Source: the human T2T-CHM13v2.0 reference genome, Homo sapiens. Taken from it: a stretch of 64,000 bases of DNA. Of this stretch, positions 27,839 through 43,179 are shown piece after piece. Numbering within the stretch: the stretch's first letter is position 1; each line of letters begins with the position of its first letter. A program made the translations under genes and the position numbers. Where the stretch lies: the NCBI RefSeq assembly GCF_009914755.1, contig NC_060928.1; one strand, written 5' to 3'. Below the pieces are notes generated by a model. It saw only the letters and a list, made by a program, of their open reading frames with translations. It ran no database searches and had not been told where the DNA came from.

Positions 27839-30800
27839 TTTGATCTCATTTTTTAATTAAAAAAGTAACATATAAAAAAAGTACATTGTAAAAAGAGGTA
27901 AAGAAAAATATATGGAAATAGTGATCTCATTAATTCATTTTACACTGATTGGATATCTACTGTATACAAGGAGGGATTTTGTTAGGCATTAGACAAAAAG
28001 AAAAAGATGAATATAATACAGTACTGATTATCAAGCAGTAGAGACATAAAACATATATTAGATACCAAATTCCACATCAGAAGTATGAATTAAGAGCTAT
28101 AAAAACACAGAGAAGAAAGAGAAAATTAAATAAAATATGGGAAAATGGAGAATTTCCTTGGTTTTAAGGAAGACATACATAGGACTACTAATGGGAGGAT
28201 ACGGATTAGGAAGATTGAGTTTCCCATCACACTCAGCTAAAAGTCCTCTTCTCTCCCCCTCCTTAACAACCACAATTTTTGTATAGGAGATATAGTAAAT
28301 ATCAAAGAAAGCCATTAGAATAACCAAAAAATTTACAAAAGGCAGCATGCTGAGAAGCACATGTGAAAAAGAGGATTGGCCCATTCACTTTACAAAGTGA
28401 AGGATTTTACAGGGTGATTGTGTACATGGGACCATAACACCAACCAGAAAATCCACTGTCACCTTTATGCTCCAGTGCCCACCTCTTACCACATGAATGA
28501 ATGTGGTCCCAAACTCAAGGCCCAAACTTTATTTTCTATAAGACCATTGAGGTTCTCATTATGCTTGGAATAGCTCCAAGATAATTAAGGTAAAAAATAA
28601 ATAGACCAAGTTTATGTAATTTCATGAACCAACCTTCCCTTCATTTTGTGGTCTGCTTCACTGTAGGCAAAATTCAACTCAAGAATAAAGAGCAGCAAAT
28701 GTTTTCACAGTGTGTCTACCCCTGGTTGCCAGCCAGAGCCATGTTTTCAAGCCCTGTGAGAGTGTAATGATTTGACTTTCTTCAGAAAGAGAAAATCAGC
28801 AAAATAGTTCTAGTTTTGTATCTACTCTCCAGTCCCCACCTTCACTTGTTTGCCTTTCTGTATATCTCATTTATGCATTTTCTCCGATACTTATTTTTCA
28901 GATTTCTAAAACAACCTCGAACATATCTATTGTCCTCTCATTCAGAGTAACCTATGGAAAAGCACCATGCCTAGAGGGAACGTGGCCCACTGAACCTAAA
29001 TAGCAACTTGGAAAGCCTGGTTCTGGAATAGAGTAAATCTAGAATTTGATTAGTACACCATGTGTAGCAGAGCAAAGTGATGAACTTCTAAAAGATATTG
29101 TGAATTTGGAAAAAACAAAGCAGAAGGGATAAATTGTCCTAGTTTATGATATTATCACAAGCAGTTATAGTATTATGAAAATTAAAACTAGTCTCATTGA
29201 ATAATAACAGATACAAACAACTAGGGGTCAGTTTCTGGAAAGGCCCCTAATAAAATCAAACACAATTTTCTATTCTTCTCTGAATTACATTTAAATTTAT
29301 TCAAGAAAATTAACAACAACAACAGTAACAGGTAAGACTGGATCTTTTAGTTCCCACCTAAAAATAAAATCAAATGATCCAACAACTCCTCTCTCAAAAG
29401 TCAGGTTTGGGATCATATACAATACGAATAGTAAGTGTCCACCTTAGTTTGCACTTTTCCATGATTCAGTAAAAACTCTTTTTTAAAAATGTCACATTTC
29501 GTTTCTTGCCTCCTCTACCCTGTGAAGGCACTGTAGAGTTACTATTTATAGAAGTAGGAAGATGGTCTTATGGAAAGAACACTGGACAGATCTAGATTTT
29601 TATCCCGACTTTACTCTGCAAACTTAAACTAGTAATTTAATCTTGTTGAATCTAATTTTCTCATTTTAAAATGGGGACAAAAGGATTTTTCCTTGCTTTA
29701 CTTGTAAGGTTTTCATGAGTATCAAATGAGATAACATATATAAAGTGCTTTTAAAAAGTATAATGTTTTTGTACACTCTTTACTAAAGACATGTAATGAG
29801 GCACTTACTATATTTTATTCATATTTTTTTCAAGCTATTTTAAAACACATACATATGCTTAATTATCACAATATACTATTTTATCAATTCTTTTAAAGTA
29901 ACCAGCATACACTAAAGCAGGTTAAGCTCATGGACTTTTGAGTCAAACTGCTGCTTACTAGGGCAAACCTCTTAGTCTACTTCTCAGTTTCTTAATCTAT
30001 AAAAGGGTATATAATACTAGTACCTCCTGTTAGGACTAATCGGACTGTTGTGCATATTAAATACATTAAAATCTGTAAGGTACCTGGAACAAGGACTGTT
30101 GTACAGTAAATACTGAAAAATTAGTTTTTCTAAGAATAATAAGAATCTGAAAAGATATGTGAATCAGCTGGCATCTTTATCACCAGAGGAGTTAGATTTA
30201 CATATCAGACCATGTGATACATTTACTCTCTCAGTGGGGACAGTGGGGGGGATGTAGTCACCTGTTTCTCTTAAATCCACTTATATATTCTATCCAAAAA
30301 GAAAAGATCACAAAAACCTGGAAATCCTAACTACCTTTTTTTTTTTGCAATTGTTCTCAAGAAAGAAAAAGGATATAAACAATATGACTCACTAGCAAGT
30401 GAGAGGATGTAGCCAAACTCCATATTCCAGGCTTCTACTTCCTGTAGGTGGTTAACTTTTTGATTTCACAATGCTTAGTCATAAGAAAATGGAAGCAGTG
30501 GTTAAAGACATTAAATGAGAATGTGTCCTCATAGTTCCTAGTCCAGAGATCCAAAATAATTTATTATGCCTGGAAAAGAGCAAAATAGCCTCATGGTCCT
30601 CATGGACACAATAGAGCCCTGTCTTAAGAAACATCTTAGGTTTGCTCTTTATCTTATCAACCTGTGTTTCAACAACTGTCAGCTAAATTCTGAAGACATG
30701 ACTGGGATATTAGTTATGCTTCCTATTGAAAACTCTAATTGTTTTGCACCATTTTTATCCCTGTATCAAAACACAGTAAAAAGTTACCTTCTCTATGGTA

Positions 30801-30924
30801 ACTAAGCAACAAAGACATTTTTTTTTCTTCTTAAGGGTTTCATGAAGTTACATTTTTTATCTTTTAAGACTAAAATCCTTTCTTTTTCCTAAATAATCCA
30901 AATAATAACTAACACTAATTACTC

Positions 30925-31125
30925 TCTGGGTATTACTTTTAGTGTCCTTCATAAACTATCTCATTTAATCCTCACAACAACCCTATGGGTCAAGAACTGA
31001 TATTAATTCTATTATACAGATGAGAAAACTGAGAATCATAGATGTTTAATAATTTGCTCGTGGGGATGCACTCAGCAAATGTGAAAGCTGGGATTTGAGC
31101 CCAGGTAATCTAGATTAAGAGTTCA
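30925..31125 (-). mobile_element. MIR SINE
   Basis: tcatttaatcctcacaacaaccctatg...tacagatgagaaaactgag...gggatttgagcccagg. Confidence 0.8.
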
Positions 31126-31686
31126 TGCCGATGTATACATGAGTATGAACCTCATGAAAGAGATAAAGAGCTAAAAAAAATCAATAAGGCTTGGTGACTG
31201 CTTAGATGTGGTTGGAGGGGTAGCTATGAAACATTCAAATAAAAGATGAAGAATAAGGGAAAGTTTAGAAAAGAGTGAAATAATCAGTTTGACCTTGAAC
31301 ATGTAATAAATTATTGAACAGCTACGTAACAGAGTGGTTAAATCAAGAACTATTAATCTGTCTTCTAGCTAGGGTCCTGGAGGAAAAATCATATAAATTT
31401 TTTAATTATAAAAATTTAAAAACATATTCTATTTATTTAAAGACACTTTTAAAAAGTAATAATGTCTAATAAAGAAAAGCAAAATTATTTATTTCTTCCA
31501 CAAAGAGAACACCATTATGTAAAAAATATTTCTTGTACTCATACGTATGAATGCGTACACACACACACACTACATAATTGTATTCATCTTAGGAAGTTCA
31601 TGATTTGTTTTTCTTATTTTCTAGTAGCTAGCATAGGGCTCAGTATGTATGAAACAGTAACAAATATTTGTTGAGTCAATGAATGA

Positions 31687-32140
<454 letters not shown>

Positions 32141-32594
32141 CACAGTTATATTATAAAATGAAAATCTTCCTACATTTTAATCATGAATCTTTGATGGCTT
32201 TTATTGCCTATGAAATAAAATGCAATTCCTCACCACTCAAGAGTTTTTCCAATTCAGTCCTAATCTGCTTTTCAGACCCGCCTTCTGTGATTCCTATCTC
32301 CACCCTCATCCTGTTTCAGGCATCAACCTAGTCACATTAGACCACTTACAGCTCTCAAAATACGCCACGGAGCCTCACTCTTGCACCTCTACTCATGCCC
32401 CTCCTTCGGACTGAAATATCCTGTCCCGGTCTTCCCCATCAGCCAATTATTTGATTCATCCTTCAAAGACAAACTAAACAAAAACAAAAACTCTTCTGTA
32501 ATGTCTTCTTCAAACCCTTTCCCTATTTTCCAGACAAATTAATTGCTCTTTCTTGCATTTCCAGAGAAATAGTCCCTACAGTTACAACTACAGT

Positions 32595-32750
32595 TTTGTA
32601 AAACTGCAGATCCCCTGACCTCTTGCTCATAGAGATTCAGATTCAGTAGGACTCAGGTGGAGACAGAAATCTGCTTTTTGAGCAGCACACAACATCCCAG
32701 CCTAAGCAATGCTACTTCAGAGCCAGACTGAACTCTGGGTTGTTGAGCAT
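32595..32750. mobile_element. MER5-like DNA transposon fragment
   Basis: agattcagattcagtaggact...aaatctgctttttgagcagcac. Confidence 0.55.
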
Positions 32751-35471
32751 TAAGCATTCTCCTTAAAGCCTGACTCAGAATCATGCTAGTAACAATCAGA
32801 AGTAGAGCATGTTGGGCTCCATACTTTCAGGTATTAGCAAAGCCAATCATTGTTTTTGATATGTTCTATAGGTATGCATCCTGGGGAAGTAAAATCAAGC
32901 TCTGCTTCTTCACGTTGTTCAAACTAGCAGGGAAACAGAGGGATGGAAAACATAAAGCAAGACAAAAGCACACTGTTAAATATAAACAAAAAAAGAAAGG
33001 AAAGGACATGTGGCACGTAAGTTGACCTCTAAGTTGCCTCTAGAATATTGCGCTCATGGAAAACAAGTGAGGAGGTAAACTAACACAATGGAAGTAGTTA
33101 TGAGCGAATATAATTTGGAGCCATAAAGGGCCTTGGCTGGTCCCAATCATCACAACTGTTTTCCTAGAATGGCGTCAGTAGTTCTAACCAAGTCATTTTG
33201 AACCAAATTCTTAAGATTTTTCCCATTAACAAAGATATGTGACTCCTTTTGAAGATTTCAGTTCAAAGCAACTCTAAAATCCATCCGCTTCTCTCTTGGA
33301 TACAATATGCTCATTCAATGAGTAAGTGCCCAGAGAAGAAAAGTGCATTAATAGAATCTTTAGAATGAACAGCTTTAGAGACAGAAAGACTGTTAAAAGA
33401 TCTGCTAGACCATTCTTCTTAATCTTTTTTATAAGAGTACATGTGGAAAATGATATTAGTATGGCATATTGGGGTAATGACATGAGACTGCTAGAAACTC
33501 AAAAAAGTGACTAGCAGGAGCTCAAGTAGTCCCAGACAACACCTAGGGATCAAAAAGATTAATACATCCTAGAACATCTATAATACATATTACTTGGGAA
33601 GATATAATTGATAAACTAATGCAATTCGAGATGAGAAAAAGCAAGCCCTACAGAGTGGCATGACACCCCAGAGGCTAACAGCGTCACTTAGTCGAAGAGC
33701 TAGCTTTGGGTTTTCACGTGCCTCTTAACAGTGATGCCAATCAATCTGCCATTGAAAGTTCATCCATTCTGACAATTGTTGGAATCATTTCAAGAGATCC
33801 ACAATTCATTAAGGCACTCAGCATTGGTAACAAACTGAAAAAAATGGTATCTCCTACAAATATCTGTACCATTTTCCAACTGTATTTAAATGCAAGTTGG
33901 AAAAATAAAAGAAAAATTCATGTCTTAGGTCATTGAAAAAAAGTTAGATAAAATATTAAAAGCTCTTTTAAAATGAATGGAAGAGGCTCTCAGGAATTAA
34001 GTAAGAATCTAAATTTAGGGAAATAAGTGAGCACTGCAGCAACTGGGTTCCCTGGGAGTACCCACACATCCAGGCTGCCGGGAACTTTGCATTTTCAGAG
34101 AGCAGAGAGTTTCATTAGTGACCACCAGCACAGAAGCCATGCGCAGGAAGGTCAGCACATGGAAAAGAGTTCACTAGAACAACATAAGTAAACAAATGAC
34201 CCCTCACACAGGAAGGCAGCAAGCAAAAGTGTCTGGCAAAGATTTGACTGTGGGAGAAAAGGCTCTCCTGAGAATCTGTACCACTGGAAAGTCCAGACAT
34301 GAATTTAGGATCAAAATTTGCACTGTTTACATGGTAAGGAAAATTACAAGCTGAAAGTTTTCCTTTCTGGACTCATTTTAAACTAGTTCCAGACCTGTAA
34401 TGTCTGCAGACATGTGGCAAAAAGAAACACAGATTTTCCCTAGAGAAATGAATCCACAACCTTGGTATTTATTAGAAAAGTGCAAAGGATTGTGTTTTAT
34501 TGCGAATACAACTTCAGAATCAATTTTAAAAAATCACAAAATACATTTGAACTAAGCCATTGCATGCAAGTGTCACAGAAATAATAAACAACAGAAACTT
34601 GAATATTGGAAATGTACAAATATAGGGAATATATTATAAATTTTTTAGAAAAATTATGTGTTTAAGGAAAAAAATTTTTTAAACAAGAAAGAGGTAAAAA
34701 TATGACTAATCAGCAAGAAATCAGGCAGAATTTGAGGGCAAAGTTCTCCTAGAAGTAAAAAGTATAATAATTAAAAGTAAAAATTCAATGTAAAGGTTAA
34801 ATAACTTGGATACAATGGAGTAGAGAATTAATAAAATGGAATGTTCTTCTGCAAAAGAAGAAAAAGAATAAAGCAATAGAGATAAAAAGATGCAAAATAT
34901 TTTAAAAGAGTTGAAGACACAAGAAGAATAGAGTGAGAAAGTCCAAAATATCTAATCAAAGTTTCAGAAGGAGAACCCGGCAAATTTAACCAAAAAAAAA
35001 AAGTAATATGACCATAATTAATATCAGTCAAAATATTCTTTAAAGGAAAAAAATACTAATAAGAGAACTCTATAAAAATAAAGAATATAATAAAAAGAGA
35101 TCACATTTGCAAATTTACATTGTTTAATATCATAGCCTCAAAATAAATTGCATATAAATTTTAAAACCTATGGAGAAATTGACAAATCCACCAACACTGT
35201 GGGAAATTTTTAATACATATCTCTTAGCTATTAATGCATAAAGTAGGTAAGGAAAACCAATAGGATGCAAATAATTTGAACAATAAAATCAACAACTTTG
35301 ATTTAGTTGATATACATATACAGACACTTGCATTTAGTAATTGGAAAATATACATTATTTTCCAACACACACAAAAAAACACTTGCAAAAATGGGCTGTG
35401 TCTTAAATTTTTCAAAGAACTGATATCATACAGAACACATGTTATGACCATAATGTAGTTACATTAGAAAA

Positions 35472-35840
35472 TGTGGCAGGGATTCTGATTCTCCTTTCTG
35501 TGCTAGGCATACAGTTAAATCACATTTTCACCTTCCTTGTATTTATGAGACTTAGCTCTGTCCTTATGAATGTGGGCAGAAGTGACGCATGTACTTGCAG
35601 GCCTGACCACAGAATATCCTGTGAAATCTTCCATACTGTTCCTTCCTCTTCATCAAAAGCACACAGGGATACTTGTTGAGAATGTTGGCAATCTCAAAGG
35701 GAAGGAACTTGCTTTCTGTGTCATATATAGAAACATTTATGTTGGACTTCGAATGAATAAGAAATAAACTTGTATTGTGTTCAGCCCTCTCAAATTTGTT
35801 TTTTTTTTTTTTTACAGCTGAGAGCTTATCATGAAAACAC
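35472..35840 (+). mobile_element. MLT1-type MaLR LTR
   Basis: tgtggcagg start, gaatgtgggcagaagtgac, aataaacttgtattgtgtt. Confidence 0.7.
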
Positions 35841-36231
35841 ATAAATTAAAATAATAGCTAAAAATAATTATTTCTGTTTGCAAATTTTTAAACACAATTC
35901 TGGTGATTCAGGAGTTAAAGAGAAAGGTATCATAAAAAATTTTAACTACCATAACTAAATAATAAATGAACCCGATGAAAGTTGGAAAAGGAAAATAATA
36001 TCAAAAAGAACAGAAAGCTATGAAATAAAAAAAAAAAGTCAAGTACAGAAGCAATAAAATGAAGTGTTGGTATTTGGAAACATTGACAAACTGAACAAAC
36101 CTCTGGTAAGATTGAATAAGGGAAAAAGTGATGAAGTAAAAATAAGCTACTAGGAATGAGAAGTGGGAGTACTGCAGGTATAACAGAGATTTTTAAATTA
36201 ATAAGTGAATGCTTTAAAAATTAAAAGATAA

Positions 36232-36691
36232 GAGAGACACTGATTGCCCTTTGTTCTGGACTGTCTTATCAGGGATGTCTGTATAGTGAACAGCCTTAGA
36301 CAATATGGTATCCTCCTCTGCAGCAAAGAGCAGTTTAATTTATTGTCTAATATAAAGAAGGTAGTGTCTCTTTCAGAGGAAAAGGCAGGTTTACTTACTG
36401 CCCAATATAAACAATTCAGTTTCCCCAAGTTCAGGGTTCTCCTATAATGCAACCCATTACAGTGTATATGCAGGCATCCATCTGAGCCCATCTGCATCAC
36501 CCCCATGGGACTTAAGAGACAAGAACTGATGCTAATACAAAACTCACGCTGCTTGCTCTTCCTTAAGTAAAGTCCTTTATCTCTGACCCAGGAGTTCATG
36601 TCTTCTTCCAGCATCGTGGAACTCCATCCACGGAACTAACATGTTGGTTTCGTAAGTAGGGTAAAAATTTCAGCATCTTCACGGTTCTTGA
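36232..36691 (+). mobile_element. LTR40-like ERVL LTR
   Basis: cactgattgccctttgttctggactgtctt...tgtatagtgaacagcctt; gtaaagtcctttatctctgacccaggag; gtagggtaaaa...ttcttga. Confidence 0.7.
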
Positions 36692-36843
36692 CCTTCACAA
36701 CATGATTCTAAAATGTATATGGAAGAGCCAAGATAAACCAAGATCTTCTTATAGAGGAAGAACAAGTGCTAGAAAAGATGGACAATTCAATAATTAAGCT
36801 AGGACAAGTGTTATCCATGTGAGTATAAAATTAAATTGGATTG

Positions 36844-37157
<314 letters not shown>

Positions 37158-38371
37158 TCATACCCCATAAGAAATTAATTTCAGATGGAGTACAGTCTTG
37201 AATGTGAAAGAGGAAAATTTTGTAAGTTTTGGAAGAAAATAGAATAGAATATGTCTATGACTTCAGGTTAGGAAAGACAGAAAAAGCATCAACCATAAAG
37301 TAAAAGATTGATATACTCAAACACATAAAAGGTTAAACTTTTGTTTCACCCAGGAATTTTTTTAACTGTTAAAACAAAGTTGAAAAGGCAAACCAGAATC
37401 TGAACGAAGATTTTTGCCACACAAATAGCTAACAAAGGATCAGTAACCAGACTATTTATCAATTCCTTAAAAAATCAAGATGAAGATGGCAAATAACCCA
37501 ATAGAAAAATAGACAAAAATAGGAACAGATATATTTTGGAAGAGAAAATATGAATGAATGTCCCAATAAACATTGGAAAAGAACATGATGTCATTTTAGT
37601 AACCAGAGAGATACAAATGAAACCACAATATACCAGTTCATGCCCACATGGATGGTAACAACACTAGAGTCTAACCTACTCTCCAGGTGAGAAAATAAAT
37701 TGGTACAATCATTACTATCTATGATTTTAACTCCTAGGTTAATTCTCTAGAAAAGCTTTTGCACAAGTTTCCAAGAAACATGTACAAGAGTGTTGGTAGC
37801 AGCATTGCTTGCAAAGTCAAAGACCAAATGTCTGTCAATAAGATATTGGATTGTTAAATGTGATAGAGCATATTCATAGAATGGAGAACTAAACTGTAGT
37901 GAAAAATGAGTAAACTACAGCTACATATTACATGGATGGATTTTAAATTTTTTTTTTCAGTGAAAAAAAGTTGCTGAAGAATACTTAAAATATGTATCAG
38001 TGGGTATTTCTGGGGAGAGACAAGGAAACAGCAGTAGATGCAATGGGACAGATAATGATCTTCAATAGCATAATAATATTCTATTTCTTAAGTTGAGCAA
38101 TGCTTTCAAAAGTATTCATTTTAAAATTATACTTTGTAACTTACATATAACTCTCATATTTTCATAATAAAATGGGGAAAAGAGACCATTAGAAAAGAAA
38201 ACTATTTCTAAATACATAGGCTATTTACTAAATAAGCAAGTTTTTAACTTCTGTAATTTCTTAGTAAACTTGGTAAAGGACAAACTCTTAAGTGAAAAAT
38301 TCTTCTATTTCTGTTGTCTGAGGGACAGAGTTAAATTTATCTGGGCCTTTCTTCACACAGAGGGCATTTTC

Positions 38372-38688
<317 letters not shown>

Positions 38689-39559
38689 TCAGTTGCTGTA
38701 CCTTATTGCAGGCGGGGGCATGCATAAGGAAAGACTTGGCTGTTGGGAGGGGCGTGTCTTACACCTTAGGAAGAATCCTTAGCTTTACTTTCCTGTCTCT
38801 CCTGGAGCTCCCTCCTACCCCCTAGCTGAGTAGGCCAGGTTTTGGTGCAAAATCTCCCACATTGGCAAAGTTCCTGCATATGCTGCGCAGTATGTGCCTT
38901 GAATAAAAATCCTGAAGATTAGATGGTTCAGGCTGCATCATCCCAAAGCAAAGAGCACCTCTTTGAAGCTCACCTGCCCTGAGAGAGGCCTTTCGACTAA
39001 TGGTTGATGGTATCTGTGCTTACTTTACCATAGCTCCAATTACAGGATATTGTAATTATGAGATAACTGATCTGTATTGTTTTCTAAAATTAATCCGTAT
39101 CCCTGATTTGCAAGAGATCAGAGACTGGATGTTATTCACTTTTGTGTGCCCAGTGTGTATAGTGTCTGGCACAGAGTATGTAAAGGATTTTTGTCTAGAG
39201 GAGTTGAGAGACAGTACTTACAGATTTTATACTTCAATCCTAGGTTTCCAGAATGTTTCCAGAGATTCATGGCTTCTTCGTAAATTTTCTGCACACAGGA
39301 AGTAGAATCTGCCTCAGAATCAGCTAAATTTGTTATTCAGGTCTTTCTCTTTCCTTTGCTAATGGCTTCATTCCTAAAACATATTCATTTGTTTTCACAG
39401 CAAGTACAAACTTCGCACCCAGTGTGCATAAGGTAACAGGCACGCCAGTAGGAATAAGAGACATGTCGGCCTTCAAGGAGTTTTAAATTTAATGGAGAAA
39501 TATTAATTCCCCATTAATATTAATATGAAGTTTAGACCCTCATTTAAAGACCCTCATGT

Positions 39560-39800
39560 AAAGGGCAGATACTGTAATGCCAGACTGTCTGGGTTTGAGT
39601 TGTGGCAACATCGCTCATGAGCTGTGTAACCGAAGGCAAGGAAAATTACTTTGTTTTGTTTGTCTCTGTTTCCTTACCTATACAATGTAGATGATAACAG
39701 TGTTTATCTGGAGTGTTGTGAAAACGAAAGAGTTAATGTACAAGAAACACCAAGAACAGTCCATGACACATCATAAGTGGTATAGAAATCATAGCTGCTA
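39560..39800 (+). mobile_element. MIR SINE followed by (GAT/GGT)n repeat (~39825-39863)
   Basis: gccagactgtctgggtttga...gctgtgtaacc...tctgtttccttacctataca. Confidence 0.65.
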
Positions 39801-39877
39801 CAATGAAGAAAACAGCTTGATGGGAATGGTGATGGTGGTGATGATGATGGTGGTGATGATGATGCTTCCCTCTATAG

Positions 39878-40189
39878 ATAGTCATCCTTCAGTATCCACA
39901 GGGATGATTCCAGGACTCCTTCCCCCACTTGTATAATAAATCCATATATGTTCAAGTCTCTTATGGTGTACTATTTGCATATTACCTATGCACATTCTCT
40001 TGTATACTTTAAATTATCTCTAGATTACTTATAATACCTAATACAATGTTAATACTTAAAAACAGTTGTATTGGTTTTGTGTTTTTTTAAATCGTTATAT
40101 TGCCTTTTTTTATTTTTTAAATGTATTTTTGATCCAGGGTTGGTTGTGGATTTGTGGATACTGAACCCACAAATTCAGAGAGCCAACTG
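39878..40189. mobile_element. MER2 (TcMar-Tigger) DNA transposon
   Basis: gtcatccttcagtatccacaggg...tatttgcatattacctatgcac...tctagattacttataatacctaatacaatg...gagagccaactg. Confidence 0.85.
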
Positions 40190-40709
40190 CATACATATTT
40201 CCCTGTCCTTAGAATCAACCGGGATCTTCTGATTATTTGCACAATAGTCCCAGAGCCCCAGTATTCTAGTCAATAAATTATCAGAATGAACTGTGGAGAT
40301 TTTTTATAACATATCCTCACCCACCAATTTGTTCAATATAAATCCACTTGTGGTTTACAGAAATCCCAAACTCAGAATTCCCTTGAGCTGTCTCATCAGT
40401 TAGCTAATGGGTCCGTGCACAAAAGGATGAAAAGTAAAAAGGGAAAAACAGGAGATATTAATAACATTTTACAATTGTTATGGTATAAAAATATCATAAC
40501 ATCAAATTTAAGCCAAAAAATAAAACAAAAAGGAAAACAGCAAAAGAGAAAAAGAGGGAAGAAAGTATTAGAGTAATTAATGAAAGTACAAATGCAATAC
40601 CTACGAGACAGAAGTTTCATGTATAGATAGATTCACAGATTTCATTTGTAAAAGTGCTGGATACAATTGATCCCTTCACAAACATTCTCCTCTAGCTCAT
40701 GACACAGTT

Positions 40710-41112
40710 TGATTAAAACCAGGAACAGTTTTTAGCCCCATGATCTTTGCTGCTTATAGTCATAAGGAATTGCAACCTAGCTTGGTACCTAAATAAACTG
40801 AAAGCCTGATTTAGTAGTATATTCTTTTGTAACAAATGGCTGAGTCTCAGCCATCACAGAAGCTGAGCTTCAGCCAATCTCAGATTGATACCTGATCAGA
40901 CCATGCACAAATACAGCAAACTGAGAGCTGTAACTAATCTAGCTATTTCTGTACCTCACTTCTTTTTCTCTATCTGTAAATATTGCCTGTCCACATTGTC
41001 GAGCAGAGTTCTCTGAACCTCTTCTGGTTCTGAGTGTTTTCCTATTAGAGAATTGTTCTTTGTTCAATTAAACTCTGTTAAATGTAATCTGTCCAAAGTT
41101 TTTCTTTTAATA
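40710..41112 (+). mobile_element. MER57/MER51-like ERV1 LTR
   Basis: cagccaatc, ctgtacctcacttc, tctctgaacct, caattaaactctgttaaa...aaagtttttcttttaa terminus. Confidence 0.7.
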
Positions 41113-42032
41113 GAATGGACTACTGTATAGTAAATAGGCAAAACTGAAATATTCCTTTTGAAAGAAGACATTTTCCAACAGTCAAATAGCAACACTAAAT
41201 TCATTCAGGTTCTCAGAGGTACATTTGCAATCAAGTCATTTAGATGCTTTCAAAGGAAAAAAGTGATCTTAAAACTGAGATATTTTAAGAAGAAAACCAG
41301 GACATTTCCTTTGCCTCACTCCGTTTTCTCTAATCCTTATAGAAGCTTGTTTTCTTCCCCACTCCCCCGCCACCCCATGCACCTTATTGCCAAAATGTCA
41401 GTGCATACTTATTTGTTAATCATACTCCTTCCTCTTACTAATACCACCCAATTCCTTCCTTTCCCATCTGGCCTTGCTTCTTCAAGAAGAAAAACTTTCT
41501 TGAGACACTCCTCCCCCTTTTTAATGTAAATCAATCAAACTTGCCCAGCTTCTTTGAAATCTGCAGTTCTCCTCATTACCCTTATCAGATCAACAAAAAC
41601 CACAGGCTTTTTTGTCAGCTGCCCAAGGCTCACAAAACTCCAAGCTCTTTAAGAACTGGCAGTCAAAGGGAAAGTTGTGAATATTTAAAATGTTTTCTTT
41701 TAATGCAAGTCACATGCTCTTACACAACTGTATTCTCAATTGGACTATGAATTTCTTGAAAACAGGAACCATATTTTCCTCATTTTTATAAATGCCTGCC
41801 ATAGGTATGCCCTAAAGAGGCCTCTTGAGCCCCAACTGCATGTACTCCCTACTGCATGTACCATCTATGGGCATTTCAGCATTTTATTTAGAAGGAGCCT
41901 AGAAGGAAATTTGAGGGAAGAGGGTCTAGGTGGGAAACTAGTCCTGAAGCAACACTCATATGGCAAGGAGACTATGTTCTCTTAGATTGCATGTTTATTC
42001 CATTTATTCATTCTTCCATTTATAAAAAATAT

Positions 42033-42339
<307 letters not shown>

Positions 42340-43160
42340 TCAATTACATGTCAACTATGTGTCAGACACTATTCTTGGTGCTAGGGAATTAACCAGAGAA
42401 CAAAACAGGCAATGATCCATACTTTCATTAATATGACATTAATATGTTAGATAGTGATAAGCATTATGAAGAAAAATAATTCAGGGAAGAATAGTGAGTT
42501 CTGGGGTGGAGGGTTTTGATTTTTTAAAGTGGAAAGTCAAGAAATGCACCACGGAGAAGGTGGCATTGAGTGAAAACCTCAAAGTGGTTTGAGAGAAAGT
42601 GGTGCAGATATGCGGACAGCGCTTCAGGCAGAGAAAATAACCTGGGATGTCTGAGAAAAGCAAAGAAGCTGGGGCTACTGCAGTAAGAGCAAGAGAGTTA
42701 AGAATAGGTGTAGCCAGAGAGTTATCAGAATATAAGATTGCATAGGGCATTTTTAGGCCAATATAAGGACTGGCATTTTTAGGTCATGATGAGAACTGGC
42801 ATTTACTCTGCCTAAAATAGGAAACCACTGGAGCATTTTGAGCAGAGGAGTTGAACTGTCTGATTTAAAATTTTAAAAGGTTCTGGCTACCTTGTGAGAA
42901 GAGACTGAAGTAAGATATGCATGGAAGTAGGTCATCAGTTATTAGGTTATTGCAATAATCTAGGCAAGAGAGATGGATCAGGGTGATAACAGTAAACTTC
43001 ATGAGAGCATTTCAGTTGCAAATATATTCCAGATTTGCTGACCAGATTTGATAAGGAATATAGAAAAAGAGGAAAGAACAAGAGATAACAGAGTGTAGGC
43101 AGAAAAGAGAAAAGGTTCAAAGACTGAGCCCTGCAGTATTTCAACATTAAGAGCTTGAAT
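42340..43160 (-). mobile_element. L2 LINE (antisense; its 3' tail begins ~41995, split by the Alu)
   Basis: tatgtgtcagacactattcttggtgctagg...ggaaaccactggagcattttgagcagaggag...gactgagccctg. Confidence 0.75.
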
Positions 43161-43179
43161 TGCAGAATAGGAACCATCT

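Noticed and set aside
36198-36614. 138-aa minus-strand ORF
   Set aside because: It lies wholly within an LTR40-like element and has no recognisable protein similarity.
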